A stretch of DNA of 64,000 nt from an uncultured Gammaproteobacteria bacterium (GCA_964538435.1 CAZIDX010000002.1:117930-181929), one strand, 5' to 3'. Shown: positions 24,746 to 35,519, numbered from the stretch's first letter. Notes: generated by a model not told the origin, from the letters alone. Numbers and translations: made by a program.

Positions 24746-25565
24746 ACGAACCTTCTTCCCTCTCTGTCTTCTGTATATACTTCTCCTTCATCTCCTGAAA
24801 CTTCTTTTCAAACCCTTCAATCTTCGTATTCTCAGGATTCACTTCTTTCAAAGCCGTGATCCCTTTTCGAACATCCTTGAGCGATCCAGCCTTGAGCGCA
24901 GCCTCGATGTAAAAATCTAGATACTTTGGATTCTTTGCTCGCTTCTCTATTGCCTTGCGCAAATACTCAAGCGCCCCGCGATAATTCTCAAGCCCGATCT
25001 CAAGCTCAGCTAAAGACACATTCACACTCGCATCATCCGGCGAAAGCCGCAACGCAAACCTAAGTGTCTCACGCGCCTGTTCATACTGCTCGTCTTCGAT
25101 ATACATATTCCCCAACCCTTCGTATGCATCAACATTCTTTGGGTTGTGACTGATGATATCAATAAAGATCTTTTCAGCAGGGATAAACTCCTCTTCTTTG
25201 ATGTAATCATCAGCCTTGTTAATAAGCTCTTTCACGATCTCAGAGCTGTAAGAATGCTGCCCCTCAGTCGATGATCGCTTAAGCTTTTGATAGTACTGCT
25301 CCATGCGATACAAACGCTGCACAGCACGCCGCCCCATCTTTGAAACAGCCACCACAGCCTTCCCTGTTTGTTTTGAAACCGTCCTGAGTTTTGCCCCTCC
25401 CTTACGATTAAACTTTTGCAAAATAAGCTTTTCCTTTACCAACCGCTCTCGCTCCTTTGGAATCGTATCAACATCAATCATTCGAATCTGCGGCAATTTC
25501 TTGTAAACCACAAAACCGATCACGATCAGAGCTATCACGATAATTGCTATAGGAATCAGCCACAT
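24744..25565 (-). CDS. membrane-anchored TPR-repeat protein
   Basis: N-terminal TM helix then TPR-like repeats (AYEGLGNMYIEDEQYEQA...). Confidence 0.6.
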   Translation of the reverse strand: MWLIPIAIIVIALIVIGFVVYKKLPQIRMIDVDTIPKERERLVKEKLILQKFNRKGGAKLRTVSKQTGKAVVAVSKMGRRAVQRLYRMEQYYQKLKRSSTEGQHSYSSEIVKELINKADDYIKEEEFIPAEKIFIDIISHNPKNVDAYEGLGNMYIEDEQYEQARETLRFALRLSPDDASVNVSLAELEIGLENYRGALEYLRKAIEKRAKNPKYLDFYIEAALKAGSLKDVRKGITALKEVNPENTKIEGFEKKFQEMKEKYIQKTEREEGS

Positions 25566-25570
25566 ACACT

Positions 25571-26344
25571 TTATTGCTGCGCTTCAAGCACATCAACAGC
25601 AGCATCAACGATTTTACTGAATTGATTAAGACGCACGCTTGCGCCGCCGACAAGTACACCATCAATCTGCTTTTCACGCAAGATCTCATAGGCATTCTCT
25701 CCATTCACACTCCCCCCATAAATCACACGCAAACTCTCTGCCGCTGCCATCGGAAACACCTCACTTAAGATTGTTCGAATGTACTCATGCATCTCAATGA
25801 TATCCCCCACCTCAGCCGTGTTTCCGGTCCCTATCGCCCAGATTGGCTCATAAGCAACATAAAGCACATCTTTGTCATGCAGACGAATTCCAGAGAGCGC
25901 CTTTGCAAGGTGATGCTTTACCACCTCCCGAGCCTCTCCGGCCTCTCGCTCCTCTGCGGTTTCCCCCACGCACAAAATCGGAACAAACTTTTCACTAAGC
26001 GCATGCTCAATCTTTTTCTGCACCATCTCATCTGTCTCGCCAAGTTTAAGTCTTCGCTCAGAGTGCCCAATGATCACATGTGTCACCTTCATCTCTTCTA
26101 GCATTCGAGAAGAAGTCTCTCCAGTAAACGTTCCGCTGCGCTCCCATGCAATGTTCTGTGCACCAAGCCTAGCTGTGCTGCGAGCAACAACCTTTCGCAC
26201 TTCCCCAAGCGCCACAAATGGAGGACAAATCACAAGCTCAGGAACAACCTTTCGCCCACGCACCGTAAGCAACGTGCCGCGCGCAAGCGCCACACTCTCT
26301 CTTACCCCCACATTCATTTTCCAATTCGCAATAATGGTTTTCAT
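25571..26344 (-). CDS. tpiA: triosephosphate isomerase
   Basis: IIANWKMN, VAYEPIWAIGTG, catalytic EPIWAIG; start placed at MKTIIANWKMN. Confidence 0.85.
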   Translation of the reverse strand: MKTIIANWKMNVGVRESVALARGTLLTVRGRKVVPELVICPPFVALGEVRKVVARSTARLGAQNIAWERSGTFTGETSSRMLEEMKVTHVIIGHSERRLKLGETDEMVQKKIEHALSEKFVPILCVGETAEEREAGEAREVVKHHLAKALSGIRLHDKDVLYVAYEPIWAIGTGNTAEVGDIIEMHEYIRTILSEVFPMAAAESLRVIYGGSVNGENAYEILREKQIDGVLVGGASVRLNQFSKIVDAAVDVLEAQQ

Positions 26345-26413
26345 ATTGATAGCGGTTAGCGAGCAGCGGTTAGCGAGTAGCCTAATCGCTATACGCTCCA
26401 CGCTAATCGCTTT

Positions 26414-27694
26414 TTATTTCACAAACCCCGATTGTTTTAACAAGTCACGTTCGCCCTTAAATGGACCAACTGCAGCAAGGCTCATCTTTGAAAAATCAAG
26501 GAGCTCCTTAGCAACATCGTGCACCTCTTTTCGTGTCACTGCCTCCATTCGTTTTATCACCGCCTGAGGTGATCGCACACGTTTTTGGAAGAGCTGCTCG
26601 CGTGCGTACCAATGAGCGCGTTCAAAACTGTCTTCCATCTTGATGGCCATCTGCCCCCTAACAAATGTTTTCGCATCCCTAAGCTCTCGAGTGGTTACCC
26701 CATCTCTCTTGATCTTCCGAAGCTCTTTCATAATCGTCTTCATGGCCAGCTCAAGACGTTTTTTATCAAGCCCAGCACGAATCATGAAACTCCCAACATC
26801 ATCATAAGCCCCATTATAAGTTCGAACAAAATACGCCAACCCCTTACGCTCTCGAACCTCACTAAAAAGCCTTGAACTCATGTTGCCACCCAAAATGGTT
26901 GAAAGCAAGCCAAGTGCGACATTTTTCTCATTTTGCACACCAAACGAAGGAAATCCAAGCGCAATCTGCACCTGCTCAGTCTGCTTTATCTGCAACCCCA
27001 CACGAGGGAGCTTTTGCTTTGCAGGAAGCCCTGCTGGCTCATACACCTCTCGATCCAGCACCTTATCTTTTCGTTTTCCAAACTTAGTCGCAATCAAACT
27101 ACGGACGTTTTTATCAATATTCCCTGCCACTACAAGCGTCATGTTCGACGGCTGATAGTACTTCTCGTAAAACGCATACATCTCATCACGATCCATTTCC
27201 TTAATAATCTTCGGTGTTCCCGCAATCTCCCAACCAAGCGTTCCGCCATCAAACATTACTCGTTCGATAAGATCGTTAATAAAATACATCGGATTATCTT
27301 CATACATGTTGATCTCCTCAACAATCGCACCGCGCTCCCGATCCATTTCACCAGCATCAACCTTTGAAGCGAAAAGCATATCATCTAAAAGATCGATCCC
27401 AAGCCCCAAATGACTTTTATCAACCTTTACGTAATACCCAGTCACATGCTTATCAGTAAACGCATTGTAGCTCGCACCTATTGCGTCAAGTGTACGAGTG
27501 ATGTGCTGCGAAGTCGGTCTACGACGCGTTCCCTTAAACATCATGTGCTCAATAAAATGTGACGCACCATTTATACGTTTGTACTCATACCTTGAACCCA
27601 CGCGCACAAGCACAATGGCTGAAACCGTGTCAGTTCCCTTTGTAGGAACAAGCAAAACGCGCATCCCATTATCGAGCGAATATTTCTCAATCAT
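26414..27694 (-). CDS. M16 family zinc peptidase (insulinase-like)
   Basis: HFIEHMMFKGT inverted zinc-binding motif HxxEH. Confidence 0.8.
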   Translation of the reverse strand: MIEKYSLDNGMRVLLVPTKGTDTVSAIVLVRVGSRYEYKRINGASHFIEHMMFKGTRRRPTSQHITRTLDAIGASYNAFTDKHVTGYYVKVDKSHLGLGIDLLDDMLFASKVDAGEMDRERGAIVEEINMYEDNPMYFINDLIERVMFDGGTLGWEIAGTPKIIKEMDRDEMYAFYEKYYQPSNMTLVVAGNIDKNVRSLIATKFGKRKDKVLDREVYEPAGLPAKQKLPRVGLQIKQTEQVQIALGFPSFGVQNEKNVALGLLSTILGGNMSSRLFSEVRERKGLAYFVRTYNGAYDDVGSFMIRAGLDKKRLELAMKTIMKELRKIKRDGVTTRELRDAKTFVRGQMAIKMEDSFERAHWYAREQLFQKRVRSPQAVIKRMEAVTRKEVHDVAKELLDFSKMSLAAVGPFKGERDLLKQSGFVK

Positions 27695-27834
27695 AGTAAA
27701 ATCTCATCCTTTTAATGGTGAGAGGTCTTAGCAACAACAATATGTTCGAGTAAATTTGAAAACTTTTCCTCGAGCTGGGGCGTTCGACGCCAGGTTCCGG
27801 CGAGAGTGAAAAGTTTCAAATTTAAGAGAACAAC

Positions 27835-29199
27835 CTATCCCAAACGGGCCTTGAACCAAGTCTCGAGCTCGTCAATCGCAACTCGCTCCTGCTCCATGCT
27901 GTCACGGTCACGAATGGTCACAGCTTTGTCCTCAAGTGAGTCAAAGTCAACGGTCACACAATATGGTGTACCGATTTCGTCCTGTCGTCGGTAACGCTTA
28001 CCGATCGATTGTGTTTCGTCATAATCTGCACGCCACTTCCCTGCCAACTTCTCAAACACAGGACGCGCGAACTCCTGAAGCTCTGGCTTTTTTGAAAGCG
28101 GGAGCACAGCGATCTGATACGGAGCCATATGCGGCTTAAAGCGCATCACTTTGCGCACATCACCATTCACTTCCTCTTCATCGTACGCACTCACCAAAAT
28201 CGCCAAAATAGTTCGATCTACTCCAAGTGACGGCTCAACCACATGCGGCACAATCTTTCGCTGAGGGTCATTTGGATCTGTGTACGTAAGATTTTCTCCA
28301 GAATGTTTTTGGTGATTTGAAAGATCAAAATCTGTGCGATACGCCAAGCCCCAAAGCTCCTTTGTTCCAAATGGGAACGTAAATTCAAAGTCGAGCGTTC
28401 GCTTTGAATAATGAGCCAAACTCTCCTGCGGAACTTCTAGCCGATGGAGTCGCTCTGGATCAATACCAATTGAAGTCGCCCACTCTTCCATCCAAGTCGC
28501 CCATGCATCAAAATGCATCTCCCAACCTTCTTCTTCAATAAAGTACTCAATCTCCATCTGCTCAAACTCAAGCGTGCGGAAGATAAAATTCCCAGGCGTA
28601 ATCTCATTACGAAACGCCTTACCAATCTGAGCAATTCCAAACGGCAAACGCTTTCGAGTGGTTGTTTGGACATTCTTAAAATTCACAAAGATGGCCTGAG
28701 CTGTTTCTGGACGCAGATACACCTTCTTGTCCTCAGACCCCATATTCATCTCAAACATCCCGCTAAACTGCCGCGGCTCAGTAAGCTCATTTCCATCAGG
28801 ACTCTTGATTCCTTTTTCCTTGATAATCGCACCCAGCTCTTCCAAGCTCCTTCCGTCCACATTCTCTCCTGTCACTTCTTCAATCAGATGATCTGCTCGA
28901 AAACGCTTATGTGTCACCTTGTCCTCAACCAAAGGGTCGTTGAACGTATCAACATGGCCTGAAGCCTCCCACACACGTGGATTCATCAAAATCGCACCAT
29001 CAAGCCCAACCATATCACTGCGGGACTCAACAACCTGCTTCCACCAATCAGCTTTTAAATTTCTGCGCATCTGCGCCCCCAAAGGACCAAAGTCCCATGC
29101 GTTTGAGAGCCCTCCATAAATAGAAGAACCTGGATACACGAACCCTCGCTGCTTGGCGAGGGTAACGATTTGTTCCATTGATACCTGTTTTTCCGACAT
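27835..29199 (-). CDS. glyQS: glycine--tRNA ligase, alpha2 (class II) type
   Basis: GFVYPGSSIYGGLSNAWDFGPLG and class II aaRS motifs. Confidence 0.85.
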   Translation of the reverse strand: MSEKQVSMEQIVTLAKQRGFVYPGSSIYGGLSNAWDFGPLGAQMRRNLKADWWKQVVESRSDMVGLDGAILMNPRVWEASGHVDTFNDPLVEDKVTHKRFRADHLIEEVTGENVDGRSLEELGAIIKEKGIKSPDGNELTEPRQFSGMFEMNMGSEDKKVYLRPETAQAIFVNFKNVQTTTRKRLPFGIAQIGKAFRNEITPGNFIFRTLEFEQMEIEYFIEEEGWEMHFDAWATWMEEWATSIGIDPERLHRLEVPQESLAHYSKRTLDFEFTFPFGTKELWGLAYRTDFDLSNHQKHSGENLTYTDPNDPQRKIVPHVVEPSLGVDRTILAILVSAYDEEEVNGDVRKVMRFKPHMAPYQIAVLPLSKKPELQEFARPVFEKLAGKWRADYDETQSIGKRYRRQDEIGTPYCVTVDFDSLEDKAVTIRDRDSMEQERVAIDELETWFKARLG

Positions 29200-29200
29200 A

Positions 29201-29755
29201 CTACACCGTCATGATTTCTTCTTCTTTTGCTTTACCAATTTCCCCTGCCTCATTATCAAACTCCTTTGTGAGCTTATCGATCTCATCAAGAAGCTTGAAC
29301 TTTTCGTCTTCGCTAATCTCTTTTGCTTTCTCAAGCCCATTCACCTCATCGCGCAAACCTTCTCGCACACCGCGCACACGAATACGCGCATCCTCAACCT
29401 TATCCTTCACAATCTTCACGATCTGAACACGATTCTCTTCTGTCATCTGAGGAATCATGATACGGATCACTTGTCCATCAACAACAGGACTAAGCCCAAT
29501 CCCTGAATCACGAATGGCCTTTTCAATTGCTTGAAGCGTTCCCTTATCCCAAGGCTCAATCACAAGCGTCTTTGAATCTGGCACCTGAACAGAAGCAAGT
29601 CCTTTGATCTCCATTTTTGAGTCATACACCTCAACGGGAATATCCTCAACCAACGCAGGATTTGCACGCCCAGTACGAAGAGCAGAAAGTTCTTTATGTA
29701 GCCGATCAATTGCGGCTGTATACTCAGGTTTCTTTTGTGTCAAAATTGCATGCAT
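29201..29755 (-). CDS. frr: ribosome recycling factor
   Basis: 184 aa, typical RRF sequence (ALRTGRANPALVEDI...). Confidence 0.9.
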   Translation of the reverse strand: MHAILTQKKPEYTAAIDRLHKELSALRTGRANPALVEDIPVEVYDSKMEIKGLASVQVPDSKTLVIEPWDKGTLQAIEKAIRDSGIGLSPVVDGQVIRIMIPQMTEENRVQIVKIVKDKVEDARIRVRGVREGLRDEVNGLEKAKEISEDEKFKLLDEIDKLTKEFDNEAGEIGKAKEEEIMTV

Positions 29756-29770
29756 AAATAATCATTATTC

Positions 29771-30820
29771 TTAATCAAGAGCCGAAGCTACACCGACATA
29801 TAACACGCTTGAGTCATCTGGGTCAACCAGCATTGCGCGTGGCACTCGAGAGCTATTAAAACGTTCAGTCTCCCAAGTCACTCCTCCATCAAGAGATCGA
29901 TAGAATGTAGAGCTGGCTGCATAGAAAAGCGTATTTGGATTTTCAGGATCCATGGCAACCGCACGAATCTTTATCTGACCAGACGACGTTACAAGCCTGA
30001 GCGTCTCCCAAGTTTCACCAAAATCCGTTGACTTATGAAGTCCGTATGTTGACGCTGCAATCACCGTCCCTGCATCTGCAGTCTGCACCAAAGCAGAAAC
30101 CTCATTTGCATCCTTCAGGCTCTCGATCTCACTTTCAACTTGATTCCAGCTGTCTCCGCGATCATCTGTGCGCCAAATCCCGTCTTGATAGGTTGAAACA
30201 AGAATGTTTCGACTATCTGCGTTGCTGACCAAAATTTCTGAAATCTCCTTGCCTGTTTTCAAAGACGTTCGCCATGTAGTTCCTTTATCCTCACTCTTTA
30301 GCACATCTCCGTTAGAAAGCCCTATCCAGAGCGTGTTTGAGTCGTACCAATCAGCTGCAACAACACCGATGTAGACACCTGTACGCGTCTCAACATAGGT
30401 TTCGCTATCAAACGAACGCATGCAATCTGTAGATTGATAAAGCCGCGAACCTCGCGCCGCATACACAGTGCAAACACTACTCGCATCAACAGCTACGTCA
30501 TACACAGTATCTGATTGCAATGCACTGTTCCTTGGTTGTCGCCATGAAACACCAGCGTCTTCGCTGTAAAGCATTCCATTGCTTCGTGTTCCAATGTAAA
30601 GAAAGTCTTTATCCTGAGGGTCCATTTTCATGGACAAGACATTTGAAGAGCTAAGCGTACCAATACCTTGCGCGGTAGGAACCAGGACAGTTTGTGCCCA
30701 ATCCTCACCCGCATTGAAGGTTTTGAAAATTCCGCCGTCAGATCCCCCTGAAGAGCTTGATCCAAAGCAACCAGCTCCAAGCAAGACGATCACACACGAC
30801 AGTGCGATAAGTTTTTTCAT
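29771..30820 (-). CDS. lipoprotein with BNR/Asp-box repeats (beta-propeller)
   Basis: Lipobox LLGAGC; repeated SxDxGxTW motifs (SEDAGVSW, SEDKGTTW, TDDRGDSW, STDFGETW, SLDGGVTW). Confidence 0.65.
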   Translation of the reverse strand: MKKLIALSCVIVLLGAGCFGSSSSGGSDGGIFKTFNAGEDWAQTVLVPTAQGIGTLSSSNVLSMKMDPQDKDFLYIGTRSNGMLYSEDAGVSWRQPRNSALQSDTVYDVAVDASSVCTVYAARGSRLYQSTDCMRSFDSETYVETRTGVYIGVVAADWYDSNTLWIGLSNGDVLKSEDKGTTWRTSLKTGKEISEILVSNADSRNILVSTYQDGIWRTDDRGDSWNQVESEIESLKDANEVSALVQTADAGTVIAASTYGLHKSTDFGETWETLRLVTSSGQIKIRAVAMDPENPNTLFYAASSTFYRSLDGGVTWETERFNSSRVPRAMLVDPDDSSVLYVGVASALD

Positions 30821-30825
30821 AGTGT

Positions 30826-31776
30826 TTAAAAAGACAAGAACAAATGTTCTAAGGCTAAATGTGGATTGACATTATGGTGAGCAGCGCGGCGCACAGCATT
30901 CAAACGACCAAGAGCATCAATAATCTGATCATCCGTCTTTGCTACACCTGCTTCGTGCATGCAAAGCTCCTCGCAACCGATAAAACGCAGCAGCCCGTCT
31001 CGCAAAACCTCTTCTGCAGAATCCAGATGAGTGCTTAAGAGCCCGCGTTTATTCACCTCGCTCTTTGGGACAAGATCCGTGGCTGCGCGAAGACGCTCAG
31101 GCACACTTGATCCAAACGCAAGCTTCATTGCTTCAACACCTGTGGTCCGTTTTGCGTAAAACTCACTGTCTTTAAGTAGTCGAAGAGCGATCCCAGGCCG
31201 TCCAAGCGATTGAGCACTAGCAGGCTTTGCATCAGCTCGAGAAAAACCTTTCTTCACAACTCCTTCAACAATATCTTCCTGAGAGACAGGATAAAACCGA
31301 ATCACCTGACAGCGCGAAGCAATCGTCTCAAGCACAGACTGAGTAGACGGTGCGCGCAAGAACAGAAGTGTTTGCCCCTTTGGCTCTTCCAGTGTTTTCA
31401 AAAGTGCATTAGCCGCAGCATTGCTCATCTTATCTGCCTCCTCAATAACCGCTGCCTTCCACCCCCCTGCCATGGCACTCATCGAAAGCGAACGCGTGAG
31501 CTCACGAATCTGCTCAACCGAGACCTGAGTTTTGAGCTTCTCGGTTTTTTTGTCTTCAAGTCTGCGCACCCACGACATATCCGGAATTGCATCAAACGAA
31601 CCACTACCTTCAAAGAGCGCTTGAAGAAGCGCTTTAATAATCGTTGTTCGTCCAACCCCCTCTGCACCTACAAATAAAAACGCATGCGGAAGCGTATTAT
31701 TCGCCATCATCCGCTCCAAAATCGTCAAAATCCTCCCATGACCAATAACTCCCGCAAAGGGTTTTTGCATACGCAC
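30826..31776 (-). CDS. holB: DNA polymerase III delta-prime subunit
   Basis: AAA+ clamp loader fold, GAEGVGRTT Walker A, LEEPK sensor region. Confidence 0.8.
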   Translation of the reverse strand: MRMQKPFAGVIGHGRILTILERMMANNTLPHAFLFVGAEGVGRTTIIKALLQALFEGSGSFDAIPDMSWVRRLEDKKTEKLKTQVSVEQIRELTRSLSMSAMAGGWKAAVIEEADKMSNAAANALLKTLEEPKGQTLLFLRAPSTQSVLETIASRCQVIRFYPVSQEDIVEGVVKKGFSRADAKPASAQSLGRPGIALRLLKDSEFYAKRTTGVEAMKLAFGSSVPERLRAATDLVPKSEVNKRGLLSTHLDSAEEVLRDGLLRFIGCEELCMHEAGVAKTDDQIIDALGRLNAVRRAAHHNVNPHLALEHLFLSF

Positions 31777-31962
31777 CCATTATAGCATGAAAAACAAAGC
31801 AAACCTGTGGAACCACTTAAGTGACGATCGGCACCTAAGTGACCCCTTGTTCAAATGAGAAAAAAATAACTTTGGGACAAAAGTCAAAGTGAGTAAACAG
31901 AATTGCGGACATTCTTTTTTGCTAATTTTAGCCAAATCTTCTCCAATTCCCACTCTTCAGTC

Positions 31963-31991
31963 TTGACAAAATTGACAAAATGTGGTAGACT
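31963..31991 (+). promoter_or_regulatory. promoter TTGACA-N17-TAGACT with extended -10 TG
   Basis: TTGACA 31963-31968, tgTAGACT 31983-31991. Confidence 0.45.
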
Positions 31992-32042
31992 GTGCCTACA
32001 ACATGAGAAGAAAGAAATTGCTTCTCGTACACTACAACTTAG

Positions 32043-32172
32043 ATCTCTGGGGAGAGAGCCGATAAGACCACGGTAAATGGTCTTCAACAGGAATCTAGCA
32101 AAAGCTAGAAAGCCGGTTGTTGTATGTATCTGACTCACTCCACAGAAAGATGCATTCAACAACCGGCTTTTT
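32043..32172 (+). ncRNA. sRNA/attenuator unit beginning CUGGGGAGAGAG and ending in a terminator hairpin (agccggttgttg ... caacaaccggct + TTTTT)
   Basis: Homologous 5' motif and AAUGG element to sRNA at 22891; 12-bp terminator stem. Confidence 0.4.
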
Positions 32173-32318
32173 CTTATAGAAACATAGGGCGTTCATGATT
32201 GAGACCAATTTTGGTGAACGGGATGTCAGCGCCAGAGGCGTACTGAAACGTACGTCGACAAGCTGACAGGGACCCGTGAGCCAAAAGTGGGCCGATCAGG
32301 AATGCGCTTATATCCAGT

Positions 32319-32745
32319 CTCATGGAGGAGAGAGAAAACCGTCCGAGGAACTTCTTTATGAAGAACCTTGGCGGCGATCACTGAATGGTTCCACTCGGTT
32401 TAACCCGCTTGCGGGTCCTAGCTGACTGAATCCATACGCCAAGTGATCACGAATGATACTCGAGCTTGCTCAAGTCACTCATTCACCCCTACCCCTCCAG
32501 GAGACTGCATATAACTTCCAACCGGGAAATTCGGAGGAGAGAGAAAACCCGTTCGATTGATCTCAACAGAGTGACATCGACGGTGAACATCAAATGGTTC
32601 GACTCGGCACGTCTGACTCGATCCATACTACCGATGTTCAAGATGTACACCAGCCCTCGGGCAGGTCACTACAATTTTCTTCTCCGGTTTCCCCGGCCGG
32701 ACCTGATCAGTCCATTCCAAGCCGAGGGGTGCACCCAAACCGTTC
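32319..32745 (+). repeat. tandem duplication of a ~214-nt structured unit (starts 32319 and 32533), each beginning GGAGGAGAGAGAAAACC and containing AAUGGUUCSACUCGG and GAWYCCAUAC blocks
   Basis: Blocks align at constant spacing between the two units. Confidence 0.5.
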
Positions 32746-32760
32746 GAGGAGGACTCCACA

Positions 32761-33029
32761 TGAACACCCGCACCGCCACCACGACCGCCATCTCCGCCAC
32801 CTCCGTGACCATGAGCGACTGGCTCGCCGGTGACGTCGAAGATTTCAGCCTCATCGAGGCCGACATCGACGACATCGACACCGACGACTTCCACGCCACG
32901 ACCCTGGAGGAGAGCGTCGAGATCATCGCGGCCCTGGGCACCATCGCCCTGACCGCGGTGCTGATCGCCAGCACCTTCCCCAACATCACCGAGGCCGTCA
33001 CCGGCGGCCTGAGCTTCATCCTCTTCTAG
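32761..33029 (+). CDS. small protein (89 aa), acidic N-terminal half and hydrophobic C-terminal half
   Basis: ATG 32761 after GGAGGA; high GC3. Confidence 0.4.
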
Positions 33030-33474
33030 AGGGAAGCTCGCCTGCTACTAGGTGCAGGCAACGGGGGCGACGCTAACGCAATTGCGTCGCCTATCCCAAT
33101 GAGAACTGGATCCATGCTTCCAGTGCTCATCAGGATACCGATCCTTACAAAGAATGATCTCCGCGACGCACGATTGAATCTCGATCCTGCATCGCGGAAA
33201 TCATCAAAGCAAATATCCAATCAGATCAAAAAGACTGCACACCTAAACACTGTTAACAAGAAACCTAATAGCGAAAGCGAACTGGAATCAAGTTAATAAG
33301 AATAGGCAGAGAAGTGAAGGGGGTGAAAAGGAGCTTCGGCTCCCAACCACAACCAGATCATCTCGCGTGCACCTTTCTGAACTGGATGGAGGAAGCTGAA
33401 GCTGATGGGCGTGGTGCCCACCCCGCAACAGTAGAGTAGGGCACCAGCCCAAAACAAACAGGCTGCCCAAAACA

Positions 33475-35148
33475 GTGGGTAGCACAGCGCACTGGAGTAC
33501 ACCCATGACCACCTCCCCCGCCAACCTGACCTCCCCCGTCTGCACCGACGCCCAGGGCCGCGACTGGACCTCCGACGAGGCCAAGGCCCGCCGCGCCATG
33601 AAGGCCTGGGCGCGTCTCAACGGTCGCCGCCAGGAAGAGCCGAAGATTCGCGAGCTCCAGGCGTCCGAGGGCGGTCTGGGCTGGCACACCATCGGCGACG
33701 AGAACTGCTTCGACCTCGAGATCGACATGAACGACCGCGGCTGGTTCGAGATCGACCAGTTCGCCACCGACGAGGTCGTGTCCAACCTGATGGGCGTCGA
33801 GACCAGCACCAACATCGACCTGGCCACCGCCCTGACCGACGAGATCGTCCGCGACGAGGCCTGCCTCGACGCGATCCGCGTGCTCATCGACACCGTGGGC
33901 TACGCCCAGGCCATGTCCAAGCTCGAGGAGATCATCACGATCACCAAGGGCGAGGACGAGGACGGCCCCTACGTCGACATCGACATGGGTGACTTCCCGG
34001 CCATGGTCGAGGCATACCGCACGGTCGCGACCGACCCCCTGGTCACCCAGTGCGACATCCCGATCTGCTGGCTCGTCGGCTTCAACGGCGCTCCTCTGGG
34101 CGTCAACGGCCTGGCCACCATCGAGCAGGCCATCGACAACGCCGAAGAGCTCGACATCGACTGGCGCCTCTGGATCGAGGGCGACGAGGACGAGCAGTGC
34201 ACCGCCATGCACGTCGTCACCGAGCTCGCGTCCCGGCTGCAGGGCAAGGTCAAGCGCGTCCGCGCCCAGGCCGAGCGCGCCGAGCGTCAGGCCAAGGCCC
34301 AGCGCAAGGCCGCCGAGCGCGCCGAGCGTCAGGCCAAGGCCCAGCGCAAGGCCGCCGAGCGCGAGACCACCCAGAAGGTCGAGACCCCCAAGGTCGAGAC
34401 CGACTGGATGGGTCGCGTCCAGGGCCCCAGCGGCGAAGCCATGTTCCAGTGCACCGGCCGCCGGTACGTCCCGCCCGCCACCAACGACCAGAGCCCGTTC
34501 GGCGCCCAGGGCCCGACCGAGGGCACGCACGAGCTGTGCCAGGTCAAGGGCTCGGCCGACTACATGTACGTCGGCTCCCTGGACTCCATGTGGCGGCGTC
34601 AGAACCGCAACGTGGTCGAGGTCTGGCACCTGGCCAACCATGCGCTCTGCCCGAGCTGCATGGAGCGGATCTCCCGGTCCGTGGCCCGGAAGAACGGTGG
34701 CAACCGCCCGTTCTTCCAGACCGTCAGCGAGGCGATCGACCTCATCGAGGCCGAGGAGCGCAAGCTCGAGAACAACAACACGTTCTTGCGCACGCCCGGC
34801 ATGGACTCGTCCATGCGCGCCTCCCGGTTCGCCGTCAAGGTGGACTGGGCCGCAGACGACGCGTGGAAGACCCTGGCCAATCGCGCACCGAACCTGTCCG
34901 GCGCCCAGTGGGCGGCCCTGCGCCACTCGCTCCAGCTGGGCACCCTGGACCTGACGGTGCTCACGCGCCAGATCGTCCCAGGCTGGGAAGTCGACGGCGA
35001 CGCAGGCTACATCGGCTACTGGCTGATCTGCAAGCTCGAGCGCGACCAGGTCGCGTGGCAGAACCGCCAGCGCGAGCGCAGCGCCCGCAAGAACGCGCGC
35101 AACCGCCACGGCCGCGGCCAGTCGCACGAAGCGCCCTGGATGCGCTAG
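33475..35148 (+). CDS. hypothetical protein, very G+C-rich, with internal coiled-coil tandem repeat and Cys pairs
   Basis: Plus frame has high GC3 and protein-like composition; the longer minus ORF 33358..35397 is L/A/G/R/V-rich antisense. Confidence 0.6.
   Translation: MGSTAHWSTPMTTSPANLTSPVCTDAQGRDWTSDEAKARRAMKAWARLNGRRQEEPKIRELQASEGGLGWHTIGDENCFDLEIDMNDRGWFEIDQFATDEVVSNLMGVETSTNIDLATALTDEIVRDEACLDAIRVLIDTVGYAQAMSKLEEIITITKGEDEDGPYVDIDMGDFPAMVEAYRTVATDPLVTQCDIPICWLVGFNGAPLGVNGLATIEQAIDNAEELDIDWRLWIEGDEDEQCTAMHVVTELASRLQGKVKRVRAQAERAERQAKAQRKAAERAERQAKAQRKAAERETTQKVETPKVETDWMGRVQGPSGEAMFQCTGRRYVPPATNDQSPFGAQGPTEGTHELCQVKGSADYMYVGSLDSMWRRQNRNVVEVWHLANHALCPSCMERISRSVARKNGGNRPFFQTVSEAIDLIEAEERKLENNNTFLRTPGMDSSMRASRFAVKVDWAADDAWKTLANRAPNLSGAQWAALRHSLQLGTLDLTVLTRQIVPGWEVDGDAGYIGYWLICKLERDQVAWQNRQRERSARKNARNRHGRGQSHEAPWMR
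34279..34362 (+). repeat. perfect 42-bp tandem repeat x2 inside CDS (encodes AERQAKAQRKAAER twice)
   Basis: gccgagcgtcaggccaaggcccagcgcaaggccgccgagcgc repeated exactly. Confidence 0.7.
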
Positions 35149-35519
35149 TGCGACCGCAGGCATGAGGCTCCCTGCATGAAAAGAAGCCCAAAGGGTACTC
35201 CTAAACCCTCCACCTGCTTGAAGGTGGTTAATCCGAGAGGATGGAGTTGAGCAGCCGCAAGCTTCTCGTAAAACCGAAACCGCCCCTGTACGCAACAGGG
35301 AGGACGGGCCGATCGCGTAAAAAACGATCGGCCATCCCTCAGAGAGGTTTAGACTCATGAAACAGTCTAGAAACCTCTGACCGGATAACCAGAACAACCA
35401 AGTCCGATTTTGTCACGGACTTTAGACCTACCAAACAAAAACCCATCCACCGACAAGGTGGAGATCAGTCTGGCCTTTAGCAAGCCAGAACGACAAACTG
35501 ATCAGATCCTTGAAGGAGG

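Noticed and set aside
33358-35397. 679-aa minus-strand ORF
   Set aside because: Antisense artefact of the GC-rich plus-strand gene 33475..35148 (LGLGL, AGALA runs)
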